DNA of 64,000 nt from Centroscyllium fabricii (Eukaryota): assembly GCA_051313645.2 (NCBI GenBank), contig JBNRSN020000003.1, positions 340,504,001-340,568,000 on the forward strand. The letters are read 5' to 3'. This document shows positions 1 to 12,618 of this stretch, piece by piece (positions within the stretch are counted from its first letter, which is position 1; the number at the start of each line of letters is the position of its first letter). Both the position numbers and the translations under genes were made by a program. The notes beneath the pieces are model-generated. The model was not told the DNA's origin. It did not search any database and worked only from the letters and a program-made list of their open reading frames with translations.

Positions 1-409
1 ACAGCCAATTAATACTTCTGAAGTGTAATGGAAAGTGCAGTGGCATATTATGAGAGGAATTGGGAAAATAAAATGAGTTACATTTGCATTAAGCAAAAGA
101 TTAACACATGATAAGGATCAACTGATCATTGACAGTCAGGAAGTGGTTGCAATACTAAACTAAATTTTCACAATTCTTTCTCTTTCAAATTCTCTGGCTA
201 TTTTCTCCTATCTCCCCTCCTCTCCAAGGGCCGATGGAGCAGGAGGTGGATCTCATGGACAAGATGAGCTTGGTGAGGCCATAAGGGAAGATAGGAGAGA
301 AACGAGAAGAGAGATAGGAGAGAAAATCCTGGAGGAGATGATTCTTTGCCAAAGTCTGGTCACCACTGCAACCTAATTGATGTAGCTTTTTATCTGTGAC
401 CTGTGGCAG

Positions 410-840
410 AAAAGAAGCTTGTCATCATTCAGGAGAAAGCAGCCCACTTGATTGGCAGCCCATCCACCGCCTTAAACATTCACTCCCACCACCACTGGCG
501 TACCCTGGCTGCAGTGTGTACCATCTACAAGATGCACTGCAGCAACTTGTCAAGTCTTCCTCAACCACACTGCCCAAACCCACGATCTCTACCATCTAGT
601 AGGACAAGGGCAGCAGGCGCATGGGAGCACCACCATATGCAAGTTCCCCTCCAAATCACACACCATTCTGACTTGGAAATATATTGCTGTTCCTTCATCA
701 TCGCTGGGTCAAAATCCTGGAACTCCCTCCCTAACAGCGCTCTGGGAGTACCTTCACCACACGGACTGCAGCAGTTCATCAAAGCGGCTCACCACCACCT
801 TGCCAGCGACGCTACATCCCATGAATGAATAAATAAAAAG
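410..840 (+). mobile_element. 3' fragment of a non-LTR retrotransposon (Jockey-group/L2-like LINE, RT C-terminus)
   Basis: Peptide IQEKAAHLIGSPSTALNIHS..CTIYKMHC..KSWNSLPN..AAHHHL matches the copies at 4295-4830 and 22900-23452 and ends in an A-rich tail. Clade is uncertain. Confidence 0.7.
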
Positions 841-1597
841 GAAACCCTGGCCCACTTTCCCCTAACCGGGTGCATTTAAAACATTCGCGCCACACAAACA
901 GCAGGCAATGACCATCTCCAACAAGAGAGAGTCTCGTCACCTTCCCTTGACATTCAATGGGAGTACCATCACTGAATCCCCCATCATCAACATCCTGCGG
1001 GTTAACATTGACCAATGAAGGGAAGTCTATTTTAAACATCCCTGACAATAAGAAGAACTTAAATACAAAAGACAACTTTTAATGATGGCTATACCACTTT
1101 AAAATGCAAGTTGAGAACAAAGAGTATGGATGAACATTTTCAATAGACATTAAGCAGATAAAAGGTGCACAGTTGTGGCCAGGAATAGGTCTGGAGTTGC
1201 TATGTAACCAGTAGAACCAACCAGCACTGTATTGCGATAAGACCCTCATTAAACTGCAACAAGTCACACATGATGAAGTAACCCCACTAAACTTTGAACC
1301 AGTCATGAACAACAAGGAGAAAAATCGATGCTTGAATGAGCCAGTCTTTAAGATGTACATGTGAGAGCCATAAGAGGCATTTTAAACACAAGGGTGCGAA
1401 ATTCTGTTGCTTTGCGCTTCCCGTTAACGCCCGAGGAGGTGCTAACTGGGCGCAAAGCAACTAGCGCTGGGCGCGGTGCCACTAACATCTCCCCCGAAAT
1501 TTATCGCAGTGTGCAGCACCCTGCTCGCACGCATGATGTACTGCCGGACGCTATGTCTGACAGGGTCATGGGGATGTTCTTGTGGCCGGGGCAGTGA

Positions 1598-2352
1598 CAT
1601 AAGAACATAAGAAATAGGAGCAGGAATAGGCCACCTGGCCCCTCGAGCCTGCTCCGCCATTCAACAAGATCATGGCTGATGCTGGGCTCAAAGCCACTTC
1701 TCCACCCACTCCCCCTAACCCTTCACTCCCTTATCTTGCAAAAATCTGTCTATCTCCGCCTTAAATGTATTTAATGACCCAGCCTCCACAGCTCTCTGGA
1801 ACAGAGAATTCCACAGATTTCCGACCCTCTGAGAGAAGAAACTACTCCTCATCTCAGTTCTAAAAGGGCAACACTTTTTTCTAAAACTGTGCCCCTGCGT
1901 TCTAGATTTCCGCACGAGGGGAAACATCCTCTCTTCATCTACCTTGTCTAGCCCCCTCAGCATCTTATATGTTTCAATAAGATCACTACTCATTTTTCTA
2001 AATTCCAATGAGTATAGGCCCAGCCTGCTCAACCTTTCCTCATAAGTCAACCCCTCATCTCTGGAATTAACCTAGTGAATCGTCTGTGAACTGCCTCCAA
2101 CGCAAGTATATCCCTCCTTAAATAAGGAGACCAAAACTGTACGCAGTACTCAAGGTGTGGTCTCACCAATACCCTGCATAGTTGTAGCAGGACTTCCCTG
2201 CTTTTATACTCCAACCCCTTTGAAATAAAGGACAACATTCCATTTGGCTTTTTGATTACTTGCTGTACCTGCATACTAACTTTTTGTGTTTCATGCACAA
2301 GGACCCCCAGGTCCCTCTGAACTGTAGCATTTTGTAATCTCTCTCCATTTAA
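1598..2352 (-). mobile_element. CR1 LINE 3' fragment (HER1-like)
   Basis: ORFs 2047-2499 and 1715-2050 encode the CR1 ORF2 C-terminus (RDLGVLV..VRPHLEYCVQFWSPY..YEERLSRLGLYSLE..FFSQRVGNLWNSL). A CR1 3'UTR and an (TTCTTATG)n-type tail follow. Confidence 0.9.
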
Positions 2353-2357
2353 ATAAT

Positions 2358-2600
2358 GGGCCAGAAATTCAGGTTTGCCGGTTGGTGGGCAACTAGGACC
2401 ATGCGGAGCACTTAAGAAGCCCACCAACATCGGACATTTTATGCTCTGGATTTCCGATCGGCTCCGCCCCCTTCGTGCGCAACGTGGCAGTCCAGCCACG
2501 CTAGGTGCGCAGTGTATGCCCCGCCCACAGATCCCAAATGTAAATAAAAAACGCCCCCAGATCCCTAATTTAAATTAAAAAATGCGCACAGATCCCGATG
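2358..2600. mobile_element. Left end of a MITE of the same family as 38633-39497
   Basis: Starts with TIR GGGCCAGAAATTC and shares CGTGGCAGTCCAGCCACGCTAGG and the CCCACAGATCCCTAATTTAAATTAAAAAA repeats with 38633-38930. Confidence 0.7.
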
Positions 2601-3642
2601 CCAGCACCTGCCCCCTCTGGCCTCCTGCTGCAGGGTGCAAGTCGTGATCCGTCAGCCCGGCACTCAAGAGGAGTGGCGGACTCTTTTGCCAGCCTCCCGC
2701 TCCCTGATGGCCTAGCACAGCCCTGGTGCATGCTGTGCTAGACCCCTCCCCTTTAGTCAGGGGAGGGAGGTCTGCAGTACCGTGGCGCTACGTGCCGGTG
2801 TGCGTGGTGCTGCTGCACATAGCGCCGCGTTATTCCATGGCAGCACACCAAGAGGGAGGAGGAGCGCTTACAGTAGCGCCCTGTGGCCTACTTGGGGCAC
2901 TACCATAAAATTTCAGGTGCAGGGGTGCTAACTTTTTCGGGCCGCTAAAAGTAGCACTGTGTGCTGTGATCTTTAGTGCCCCAACGCGGCCCCTTACCGC
3001 CCTGCGGCAGAAATTCAGCTGCGCCCCGCGACGCTGCCACAGGCAATGTCAGTCCCAGCATTGCGGGTCATGAACCGGAACGACCTCCACTCACGGGGTG
3101 GTATTTAAAGGGGCGGGGCGGCTGCAACACACGCCGCCATTTTCTTTTTTTGGCCAACCTCCATGTTGGCCCTCCGTGGTGAGCTGTGGCATGGCCCTGG
3201 CCACCATCATGCAGCACAGCACCGTGTCTTGGTGCCGGGCTGTGGCCGCAGCACCACACCGCCTTGGTGGCCTAATGTGGGCCATCGTAGGCCCTGCAGA
3301 GTGCTAAATGGCCCCGCCCTTTAACTGAAGTTTAGGGGCATTGAGACGCGGCAGCGCTCTGCGGAGCCTTTGTGGAGCGCTGCTGATTGTGCCCCGACAT
3401 CACCTCGCTTACCACCGCACCAGGAAATGGAGTGCCCAAACATTGCACTCCACCTCCTGGACAGGGCGGTAAGCCGAATTTAGTAACTGGGGCGATAATT
3501 CCACTCCAGGTGCTAAATGTCCGGCCTTAACTCAGTTACCGCCCCCAAATAGGGCGTAACCACATATTGCCCACTAACAGACTTCAAGTGAGCGACAGTT
3601 TGCTAACCAGCCACTTGATGACTCTAGGACAGGTTAAGTTGG

Positions 3643-3906
3643 GTCCAAAGATGTGCGGGTTAGGTTGATTGGCCATGATAAATTGACCGTTAGTGTTAGG
3701 GGGATTGAATATGTGGGGTTACGGGGAAAGGGTGGGATATGTGTCGGTGCAGGCTCGATAGGGATCGAGGGATATGGGGACAAGGTAGGGATGGGGTGCT
3801 GGGTTTGGATGATCAGCCATGATCTCATTGAATGGCGGAGCAGGCTCGAAGGGCCGAATGGCCTACTCCTGCTCCTATCTTCTATGTTTCTATGTTTCTA
3901 TGTTTA
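3643..3906 (+). mobile_element. 5'-truncated HE1-like SINE
   Basis: Matches the 3' two-thirds of the full copy at 6631-7027, including the CR1-like tail and (CTATGTTT)n. Confidence 0.85.
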
Positions 3907-4294
3907 TTTAATCCATGTGTTAATGGTTACATAAAAGATCTCTGGGAGATAGCGGGCATGATTTTCATTGGGCCGTGGAGGTGGGATTGGAGGCGTGTGG
4001 GATGTTAAAATCCTGAAATCGGGGGGCAAAAACCCATCCTGCCCCCAACCCGCCTCCATGCCAGTTTCAAAGGAGACGGGTACCCGACCCACACTGGGAC
4101 CCACCTCCCCGAGGCGGGAAGGGAATTAGTGCCAATTAACTGCCTGTTAACAGGTAGTTAACGGGCAGTTTTTAGCCTAATCCCTATCTCCATTGCTGAA
4201 ATATGGAATTCCTGATGGCTCCAAACCACGCCAAGTTAGCGAGGCGGGCCGTCGGGCTGAAGGGCTTGGAAGGATCGAGATGTCCGGTGTTCAG

Positions 4295-4830
4295 ACCATC
4301 TACAAGGCAGAAGTAAGGAGGGTGGTGGAATACTCTCCACATGCTTGGATGAGAACGGCTCCAACAACACTCAAGAAGCTCGACACCATACAGGGCAAAA
4401 CAGACCGCTTGATTGACACCCCATCCACCGGCTTAAACATTCACTCCCTCCACCACCAACTGCAGTGTATACCATCTACAAGATGCACTACATCAACTTA
4501 CCAAGGCTTCTTCGACAGCACCTCTCAAACCCGCGACCTGTATCATCGAGAAGGACAAGGGCAGCAGGCGCATGGGAACACCATCACCTACAAGTTCTCC
4601 TCGAATTCACACACCATCATGACCTGGAAATATATCTCTGATCTTTCATTGTCACTGATTCAAAATCCTGGAACATGCTACCCAAAAACACTGTGGGAGC
4701 ACCTTCACCTCACCGACTGCGGTGGTTCAAGAAGGCGGCTCACCACCACCTTCTCAAGGGCAATTAGGGATGGGCAATAAATGCTGGCCTTGCCAATGAC
4801 GCCCACATCCCAAGAATGAATTTAAAAAAA
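4295..4830 (+). mobile_element. LINE 3' fragment (same family as 410-840)
   Basis: TIYKAEVRRVVEYSPHAWMRTAPTTLKKLDTIQ; 3'UTR GCAATTAGGGATGGGCAATAAAT followed by an A tail. Confidence 0.8.
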
Positions 4831-4839
4831 AGAAATTAT

Positions 4840-5400
4840 AGGATAAAATATTAAAAGGCATCTTGAAAAGGGGGATAATGAATTGCTTAAATAGGTAAAG
4901 GGATGGTAAGAGGCAGATAACATGGAAATGGGAGGCAGGCATTGCCTGATAAACTTGTTAGAATTCTTTGAAGGAGCTTGTTGACAATGGAAATTCTGTA
5001 GGTTTGATGTATTAGATTTCAGCAAGGCTTTTGACACTTTACCAACCAAAGGAGTGGTCTGCAAGATAGAATTGTCGGCAAGCCTCTGAATTGAGTGGAA
5101 AATTAGCTAAACCGAAGAAAGCAAAGGTAGTTTTGAATGTAGCTGCATCGACATAACAAGGGGTCACTGTTGAGATGTTCACAGGGATCAGTGCAGGGGC
5201 CACTGCTGTTTGCAGTGTAGGGGAATGATTTGCAGGACAGGGAGGGACAGAAATCAAGCTGTCGAAGTTTGCAGATGACACCAAATTGTTTGGGGCGGGG
5301 GGTGGGGTGCTCGCTCAAACAAAGAAGACAGGAAAACCAAATACAAAAAGGATTTTGATAGGTTGAGAAGATTGACTGATAGGTTGGGAAAGTGGGCTTA
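4840..5400 (+). mobile_element. Highly degraded CR1 RT fragment
   Basis: Remnants of LLEFFE, LDFSKAFD, QGSVxGP and KFADDTKL in shifting frames. Confidence 0.65.
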
Positions 5401-6052
5401 TTTGCTTGTTGGCTTATGTTCTACTTTTGGCTGGTGTTTCTGCCAACAGTTTCTGCTATGTTGATCCAGTTACTTAACATGTAAGGCTATTGTCTGTAAT
5501 GTCACCATGTAGGTTTGTTGGGAAATTTTAAAATTATTTCCAGGAAATCCACGCTGTGGTAAGCAGATTATTTCTGGGAAGTTCCATGGAGGGGTTCCGG
5601 CTCCGGCGATGTTACTTCACTGGAAAACGGGCTTTCCACCGCACCTCTGGCAAAGGAATTTCTAGGCCTATATTAAAAGGTTTTATTAGCTGAGCTACAT
5701 ATTTTGAAAACTTCTGGGTGTAGGAATTGGTATTCCCCATGGGCGTTCAGGCCACTATGAACTCCCTCAGGTCTATAATTTAGGCATCCTGGGTAGCCAC
5801 CTAAACCAGGCATTAGTCCCCTTGCATATGTTAATGAGGGGCCTAACGCCTGTTTAAGGACCCCTCTTGGAAATTTATTTCCACTGAATGGAGCAGGTGC
5901 CGGGCCTGCTCCACTCAGGACTCGTCAGCAGTCTGTAGAGCCAGAGGAAGCACGAGCGCTCCCTGACTCCACCGCCCTTGCGATCGCCCCCACTGCTCCA
6001 CAGTTACCACTCCAATACCCTCCCGGGACTTAACTTTGGGCCACTGCTAGGT

Positions 6053-6460
6053 TTTTTTTATTCGTTGATGGGATGTGGGCGTCGCTGGCTGGCTAGGCCT
6101 GCATTTCGTGCCCATCCCTAATTGCCCTTGAGAAGATGGTGGTGAGCCGCCTTCTTGAACTGCTGCAGTCCATATGGTGTAGGTACACCCACAATGTGTA
6201 GCGGTTGTTTACAACTGAGTGGCTTGCTAGGCCATTTCAGAGGGCATTAAGAGTCAACCACATTGCTGTGGGTCTGGAGTCACATGTAGGCTAGACCAGG
6301 TAAGGACGGCAGATTTCCTTCTCTAAAGGACATTCGTGAACCAGATGGGTTTTTGCAACAATCGACAATGGTATCATGGTCGCCATTACTAAGACTAACA
6401 TTTAATTCCAGAATTAAATTGAACTGAATTTAAATTCCACCAGCTGCCGTGGTGGGACAA
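6053..6460 (-). mobile_element. LINE/SINE-derived composite repeat fragment
   Basis: 6053-6195 is the reverse complement of the LINE 3' end seen at 23300-23450. The remainder looks like a dispersed-repeat body. Confidence 0.55.
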
Positions 6461-6630
6461 ACACCCCGATATTCACCTTAGTTAAACTGTGCAAGCTGCC
6501 TGTGGAGGTGCAACAGGGCCATCAACTCACGCAAATAATGTTACTGAGGCCCGCGCATCAATTTTGGGAAGACACCGGACCTCTCAGTCGGAGCGCACAC
6601 TATCGGTGTGCCACTGGCTATGGACCCCTT

Positions 6631-7027
6631 TAGGGTGGCACGGTGGCATAGTGGTTAACACTGTTGTCTCACAGCACTGGAGACCCGGGTTCAAATCCGG
6701 CCTCGGGTACTATCTGTGTGGAGTTTGCACATTCTCCCCGTGTCTGCGTGGGTTTCCCCTGGGTGCTCCGGTTTCCTCCCACAGTCCAAGGATGTGCGGG
6801 TTAGGTTGATTGGCCAGGATAAATTGACCCTTAGTGTTAGGGGGATTGAATGTGTGGGGTTGCGGGGATGGGGTGGGATATGTGTCGGTGTAGGCTCGAT
6901 AGGGATTTGGGGAGGGGGCGGGGGCGGGGTGCTGGGTTTGGATGATCAGCCATGATCTCATTGAATGGCGGAGCAGGCTCGAAGGGCCGAAAGGCCTACT
7001 CCTGCTCCTAGTTTCTATGTTTCTATG
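6631..7027 (+). mobile_element. Full-length tRNA-derived HE1-like V-SINE
   Basis: Pol III A box TGGCATAGTGG and B box GGTTCAAATCC; V-domain core CTGTGTGGAGTTTGCACATTCTCCCCGTGTCTGCGTGGGTTTCC; 3' tail shared with CR1 (GATCAGCCATGATCTCATTGAATGGCGGAGCAGGCTCGAAGGGCCG). Confidence 0.9.
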
Positions 7028-7958
7028 ACCCAGAAAGGGATCAGAAACAATTTGCACCCCCTGATGACCTTTTACATACAGCTCAACCCTCTACTGCAGA
7101 AGCAGACAGAAAGATGAAGTACAGTAAGTTAAACATTTTAAACTCCATAATAAACGCCCCGATATTAACGGGTGATCTGGGGAGGGAGTGGGGGAGCGCA
7201 TGATCAGGCGAAGAATCCCACAAGGCTGGTAACGTGGCGACCCTGCTGATTTTAACATTAGAATATTGTTAGGCTGCCTCCCGCCGGCGATTAACCAAAT
7301 TGCCTGGCCGGAGGGGGAGAAGGAAATCTACTGGCAGGTGACTGCAGCCAGAAACCTATGAAGACGGTCCCCGGCAGTCGGAAGGGAGTATCAGGTCCAG
7401 GCCACAATCATCGGGGTGAAGCGGGAGAAGAGGCTGGAGATCGGGATGAGGATGCTCGTGATCGGCTTGATTTTGGGGGAGGATGGAGATCAGGTAATGG
7501 GGATGGGGGAGCAGAAGGCTCTGTGCAGTGATCAGTGGGAGGGTGTGGCCTTGCCAAGATCAGGACGATGGTCAGGGGGAAGGGGTGTAGCCCAGTTCAA
7601 AGGAGGCCAAAGTATTCCTTGTGAGCCCCAGAGCAGCACTCTTGATCCTCCTGGCACAAAAGAAAACCTAAGGAATAAATTTTAAACTTATCTTCTGGGA
7701 CTCTTCTGACCCAGGATCCGTCTCCCGGCAGATTTTACCTGATGGAGGAGCCAACGCTGTTCTCTGGTCAGGCCTTAGGTTGAAATTGCAGATTGGGTCT
7801 TGATGTCATCATCAGATCTGACCTGCACATTTAAAATTGGAAGTCGCTTCCTTCCTGTGGGTGTCCTATTTGCCTACTGAAAAGAGTAGATTAATATGGG
7901 GACATGCCGGGGAGGAAGCAGGATCGGAGGGGATAACTGACACCCTTTATTTTAACTG

Positions 7959-8259
7959 TGACGTATCGTCAATAATCTAATAAAACTAAAGACGCGTAGT
8001 TACCTTAACTAAAGGCATTTATTAGCTTTACAAAGGAGCTAGGCTCCGGTCGAACATCAGGTACAGAATGAATGGGGGCAGGTCAGACCCCACCTATAAG
8101 GCACTCACCTGAGGGGAGGAGTTAGAGGTGTGGCTGAACTGACTCCGCGACAGTGTCGCAATACAAAGCTGTGTATAGTGCACCCAGCCGCTATACATGC
8201 TGGTTAATATTGTGCAACAATATTACAGTGGTAATAAGCATTATATAACGTTTACCACA
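7959..8259 (-). repeat. 3' LTR of element A
   Basis: Direct repeat of 17488-17788, adjacent to PPT GAAGGGGTGAA on the minus strand. Confidence 0.95.
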
Positions 8260-8324
8260 TTCACCCCTTCTTTGAAAATTAAGTCCGGCGGGGTGAATGG
8301 ACAGAGCAGTTCATAATGAGTCTC

Positions 8325-11300
8325 TCTGGTGGTCGCGGCTGCCTTAAGGACTGCCGGGTCTCTGTCAGCGGCGCTGGTGCCTGCAGTGTCGGCGGCGCTG
8401 GTGTCGGTAGTGTCGGTGGGGCCGGGCCCTCCGGTTGCTGCTGTGCCTGCGGTGCGTCGTCCGGTTCTTGGTGTCTCAGCTGGTAGTGGCGGGGGCTCCG
8501 GTGTGTGTGTGTGCATCGGCCAAAATCCGGTGGGTTGTGGTTGGTATGTAGGCCAGTGGTCGATAGGTAGTGGCGGGTCGGGCTGAGGCTCGAACAGGGG
8601 CTCTGCTGTGGTGCTCCCGGCGGGCGTTAGGTCCCTGATGGAGACGGTGTCCTCGCGCCCGTCCGGGAACTGCACGTATGTATACTGCGGGTTGGCGTGC
8701 AGCAGCTGCACCTTCTCCACCAGGGGGTCGGTCTTATGGCCGCGGACATGCTTTCTAAGTAAGACCGGCCCCGGCATCGTGAGCCATGGTGGAAGTGCTG
8801 TCCCCGAAGTCGACTTCCTGGGGAAGGAAAAGAACAATTCGTGAGGTGTGGCGTTTTATAGCCGTACACAGCAGAGAGCAGATCGAGTGCAGCGCATCTG
8901 GGAGGACTGCCTTCCAACGGGACACTGGAAGGCCTCTGGACTTCAGGGCCAGGCTGACTGCCTTCCTGATGATCCCGTACTCCCTTTCTACCTGGCCGTT
9001 CCCCTGGGGGTTGGAACTGGTCGTTCTGCTGGAGGCAACCCCTTTCTGAAGCAGAAACTGACGCAGTTCGTCGCTCATGAACGACGACCCCCGGTCGCTA
9101 TGGATGTAGCTGGGGAGACCGAAAATGGCGAACAGCGTGGTGAAGTGTTTGATCACCGTTGCGCTCGTCATATCTGGGCAGGGGAAGGTGAAGGGGAAGT
9201 GGGAGAACTCGTCTACGACCGTGAGGAAGTACGAGTTGCGGTCAGTGGCGGGGAGGGGGCCTTTGAATTCCACGCTTAGACGTTCAAAGGGGCGGGTGGC
9301 CTTAATGAGGTGCACCGTGTCTGGCCTGCAAAATTGGGGTTTGCACTCGGCGCAAACAGGGCACTCTCGGGTCATAGCCTTGTTCTCTGTGATGGAGTTG
9401 GGGAGGCTACGGGATTTAACGAAATGGGCAAGTCTGGTGATACCCGGGTGGCAGAGGCGATCGTGGAGTTCCTTCAGCCGGTCTAGCTGGGCACTGGTGC
9501 ACGTTCCCCTGGACAGTGCGTCCGGGGGTTCATTGAGTTTGCCTGGTCGGTAAAGAATGTCGTACTCGTAAGTCGAGAGCTCGATCCGCCACCGCAGGAT
9601 CTTATCATTCTTGATTTTACCCTTTTGTTTATTATTAAACATAAACGCGACCGACCGTTGGTCGGTGAGCAGGGTAAAACGCTTACCGGCCAGGTAATGA
9701 CGCCTGTAGCACACGGCGTCCACGATGGCCTGGGACTCCTTTTCCACTGCAGAGAGGCATGTTCCGGGTCCCTGTAGGGTGCGGGAGAAAAACGCTACGG
9801 GCCTGCCTGCCTGATTCAGGGTGGCGGCAAGGGCAAAGTCCGAAGCGTCACTCTCCACCTGGAAAGGGATGGACTCATCAACAGCGTGCATGGTCGCCTT
9901 GATAATAACTTCCTTGATCTGGGCGAACGCCGCATGGGCTTCTACCGAGAGGGGGAAGACGGTAGCCTTGAGGAGCGGTCTGGCCTTATCCGCGAACTGG
10001 GGAACCCATTGCGCGTAATAAGAGAAAAATCCCAGACATCTCTTCAGGGCTTTGGGGTTGTGAGGAAGGGGTAGTTCCTGTAAGGGACGCATACGCTGTG
10101 GGTCGGGACCGAGGACCCCGTTTTCCACCACGTATCCGAGGATGGCGAGCCGATCTGCACTAAACATAGAAACATAGAAATATAGAAACTAGGAGCAGGA
10201 GTAGGTCATTCGGCCCTTCGAACCATTCAATGAGATCATGGCTGATCATCCAAACCCAGTGCCCGGTCCCTGCCCTCTCCCCATATCCCTTAATCCCTAT
10301 CGACACAGACGCACTTATCTTTATTGTACGTGAGATCGAGCCGTTTCGCCGTGTGGAGAAATTTGGCCAGGTTGGCATCGTGGTCCTGCTGGTCATGGCC
10401 GCAGATGGTCACGTTCTCCAGGTAGGGGAAAGTGGCCTGCAACCCGTTCTGGACAACCATGCGGTCCATCTCCCTCTGTAATAGCGACACTCCGTTGGTC
10501 ACGCCGAAGGGGACCAGGAGGAAATGGTAGAGCCGACCGTTCGCCTCGAAGGCTGTGTACGGGCGATCGACTTTCCGGATTGGGAGCTGGTGATACGCCG
10601 ACTTAAGGTCGATTGTGGAGAACACCTTGTACTGGGCGATCTGGTTAACCATTTCCGACATGCGGGGAAGAGGGTAGGCGTCGAGCCCGGTGTAGTAGTT
10701 AATGGTCTGGCTGTAGTCGATCACGATCCGCTGTTTCTCGCCAGTCTTAACTACTATGACCTGGGCCCGCCAGGGGCTGGTGCTGGCTTCAATTATCCCC
10801 TCCTGCAGCATACGCCCGACCTCCGACCTGATAAATATCCAATCCCCTGCACTGTAACGCCGACTCTTAGTAGCAATGGGTTTGCAGTTTGGGTCGAGGT
10901 TGGCGAACAGCGAGGCGGGGTCGACTTTCAGGGTGGAAAGGCAGCAAGTCGGGCTCCGCTTTAGGAAGGGATTGTCCCGGCTACTGACGGTGAGGGGGGC
11001 CAGGGTCCCGCCGAACTCCATTGTCACGCTCTTAAGGTGGCACTGGAAATCCAGTCCCAGTAAGACTGGGGCGCACAACTGCTGGAGTATGTTCAATTTA
11101 AAATTACGGTAAATGCAGTCCCTGACTGTGAGCGTGACAGAGCAGTAGCCGGTGATGTCTGCTGTGTGGGACTGTGAAGCAAGGGAGACTTGGTAGCGCA
11201 TGGGCAGGGTCTGCAGTCCGTAGCGCCGCGCTGTGTCGGGGTGGATGAAGTTCTCTGTTCTTCTGGTGTCGAAAAGGCAGTTAGTGGCATGGCTGTTGAC

Positions 11301-12618
11301 TTTAATCGCCATCATGGAATTTGATAGGGTGTGCGGCCTAGCCTGGTCGACCGTGGCTGAGGCCGAAGTGTGTGTGCTTGTGTGGGAGCCCTCAGCTGGC
11401 CGGGGCCGTGCACAAATGGCGGCGCCCATTATTCGCACATGGTCGGCCACTGTGGACAAAATGGCGGCGCCCGTGATTCGCAGGCAGCGGGCCGCGGTGG
11501 CTGGGGAGTCGCACATGGCTGGCCGCTGAAGACAAGATGGCGGCGCCGGGGGGTCGCACATGGCTGGCCACTGCGGACAAGATGGCGGCGCCCATGATTC
11601 GCATGCGGCGGGCCACTGTGGACGCGGTGGCGGTGCCCGTTGTTCGCACACAACGGGCCGCGGTGGCTGAGTTGGCGGCGCCCGTGATTCGCTCTCAGCG
11701 GGCCGCGCTGGGCGAGATGCCGGCGTTGGGGGGTCGCACATGGCCGGCCATGGCCGAGTTTGGCATGCCGTGTGCGCGGCCGGCCTCTGCCGCATCAGGG
11801 TGGGAGACCGGGGCGCTTGTACCCTACCCCCGGACCGTCGCTGGGTTGCGCTGCCACTGCAGCTTACCTGAGGCCAAGGGCCGGCTTTGGAGCTTTCGCA
11901 GGCCGCGCTGTTGTTTCTGGAGCTGGACGCCGGGGCCGATTTGCAGGCCCTGGCGTAGTGTCCCTTTTTCTTGCACTTCTCGCAGGTCGTGGTCCTCGCG
12001 GGGCATTTCGCTCGCGGGTGTAGTCCTTGGCCGCAGAAGTAGCATCTCTTCTCCTCCGACGTCTTCGCAGCTGCCGCTGCCGCTCCCGTTGTGGGGGTCT
12101 CGACCCGTTGTGGGGCCGCCCAGGAGTCGAAGGTGGCTGGTGTGCTGTGGCTGCCGTACGCCTCTAGCCTGCGGCGTGCGCCATCCACCGCGTTGGAGAG
12201 GCGGGTCTCTGTGGACCTGATCCCCGTTACATAGGCGTCCCGGACGAGTAGATTCGCCTCCTCTTGTGCTGTCCGTGCCTTGCAGTCACAGGCCCGGACA
12301 AGGGCTTGGAGCGCCAGCAGGTACTGCTCGTTGGACTCACCAACTAGTTGTGGTCTGGTCGCCAGCACATGTCTGGCGTAGTCCGAGTGGACCAGGCGCA
12401 CGTAGCATGCCTTCAGTTTTTCCACGGCTTCTGTGTACGTCTTAGCGTGGTGGATGAAGGAGTATACCCGGCTGGAGATCCTTGATGTGAGAACATGAAG
12501 CTTGCTCCTGTCGGTTGTCGCCTTGGCGGCCTCCATGTAGGCCTCGACGAGACTGAACCAGTGTTCAAATGTATTGGCGGCTGATGGGTCCTGTGGACTA
12601 ATGTCCAGCTTTTTGGGT
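8325..12618 (-). pseudogene. Disrupted gag-pol of element A (first codons MESGAVKP lie at 17439-17463)
   Basis: Zn knuckles CYFCGQGLH / CEKCKKKGHYARAC, protease CLFDT, RT (YHQL..PFG..YLEN), RNase H (ESDASD), integrase HHCC and DDE core. Interrupted by a SINE at about 10165-10303 and a frameshift near 8860. Confidence 0.9.
10165..10303 (-). mobile_element. 5'-truncated HE1-like SINE inserted in the RT of element A
   Basis: (CATAGAAA)n tail plus the reverse complement of the SINE 3' end; splits KDKCV / FSADRLAIL. Confidence 0.85.

Larger units (their letters stand above)
1392..3572. mobile_element. Degenerate non-autonomous Harbinger-type (TIR) element, interrupted by a CR1 fragment and a MITE end
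   Basis: GC-rich non-coding block that begins GGGTGCGAAATTC and ends TATTGCCC. These ends resemble the GGG..AAATT termini of other TIR elements in the window. Boundaries are approximate. Confidence 0.4.

Noticed and set aside
6631-6705. tRNA gene
   Set aside because: The A/B boxes are the tRNA-derived head of a SINE and continue into the V domain and CR1 tail. The same applies at 29330-29398, 50660 and 53628.
11233-12220. Long antisense ORFs over the gag repeats
   Set aside because: Expected from GC-rich 45-bp tandem repeats that lack stops; their limits are not conserved among A, B and C.
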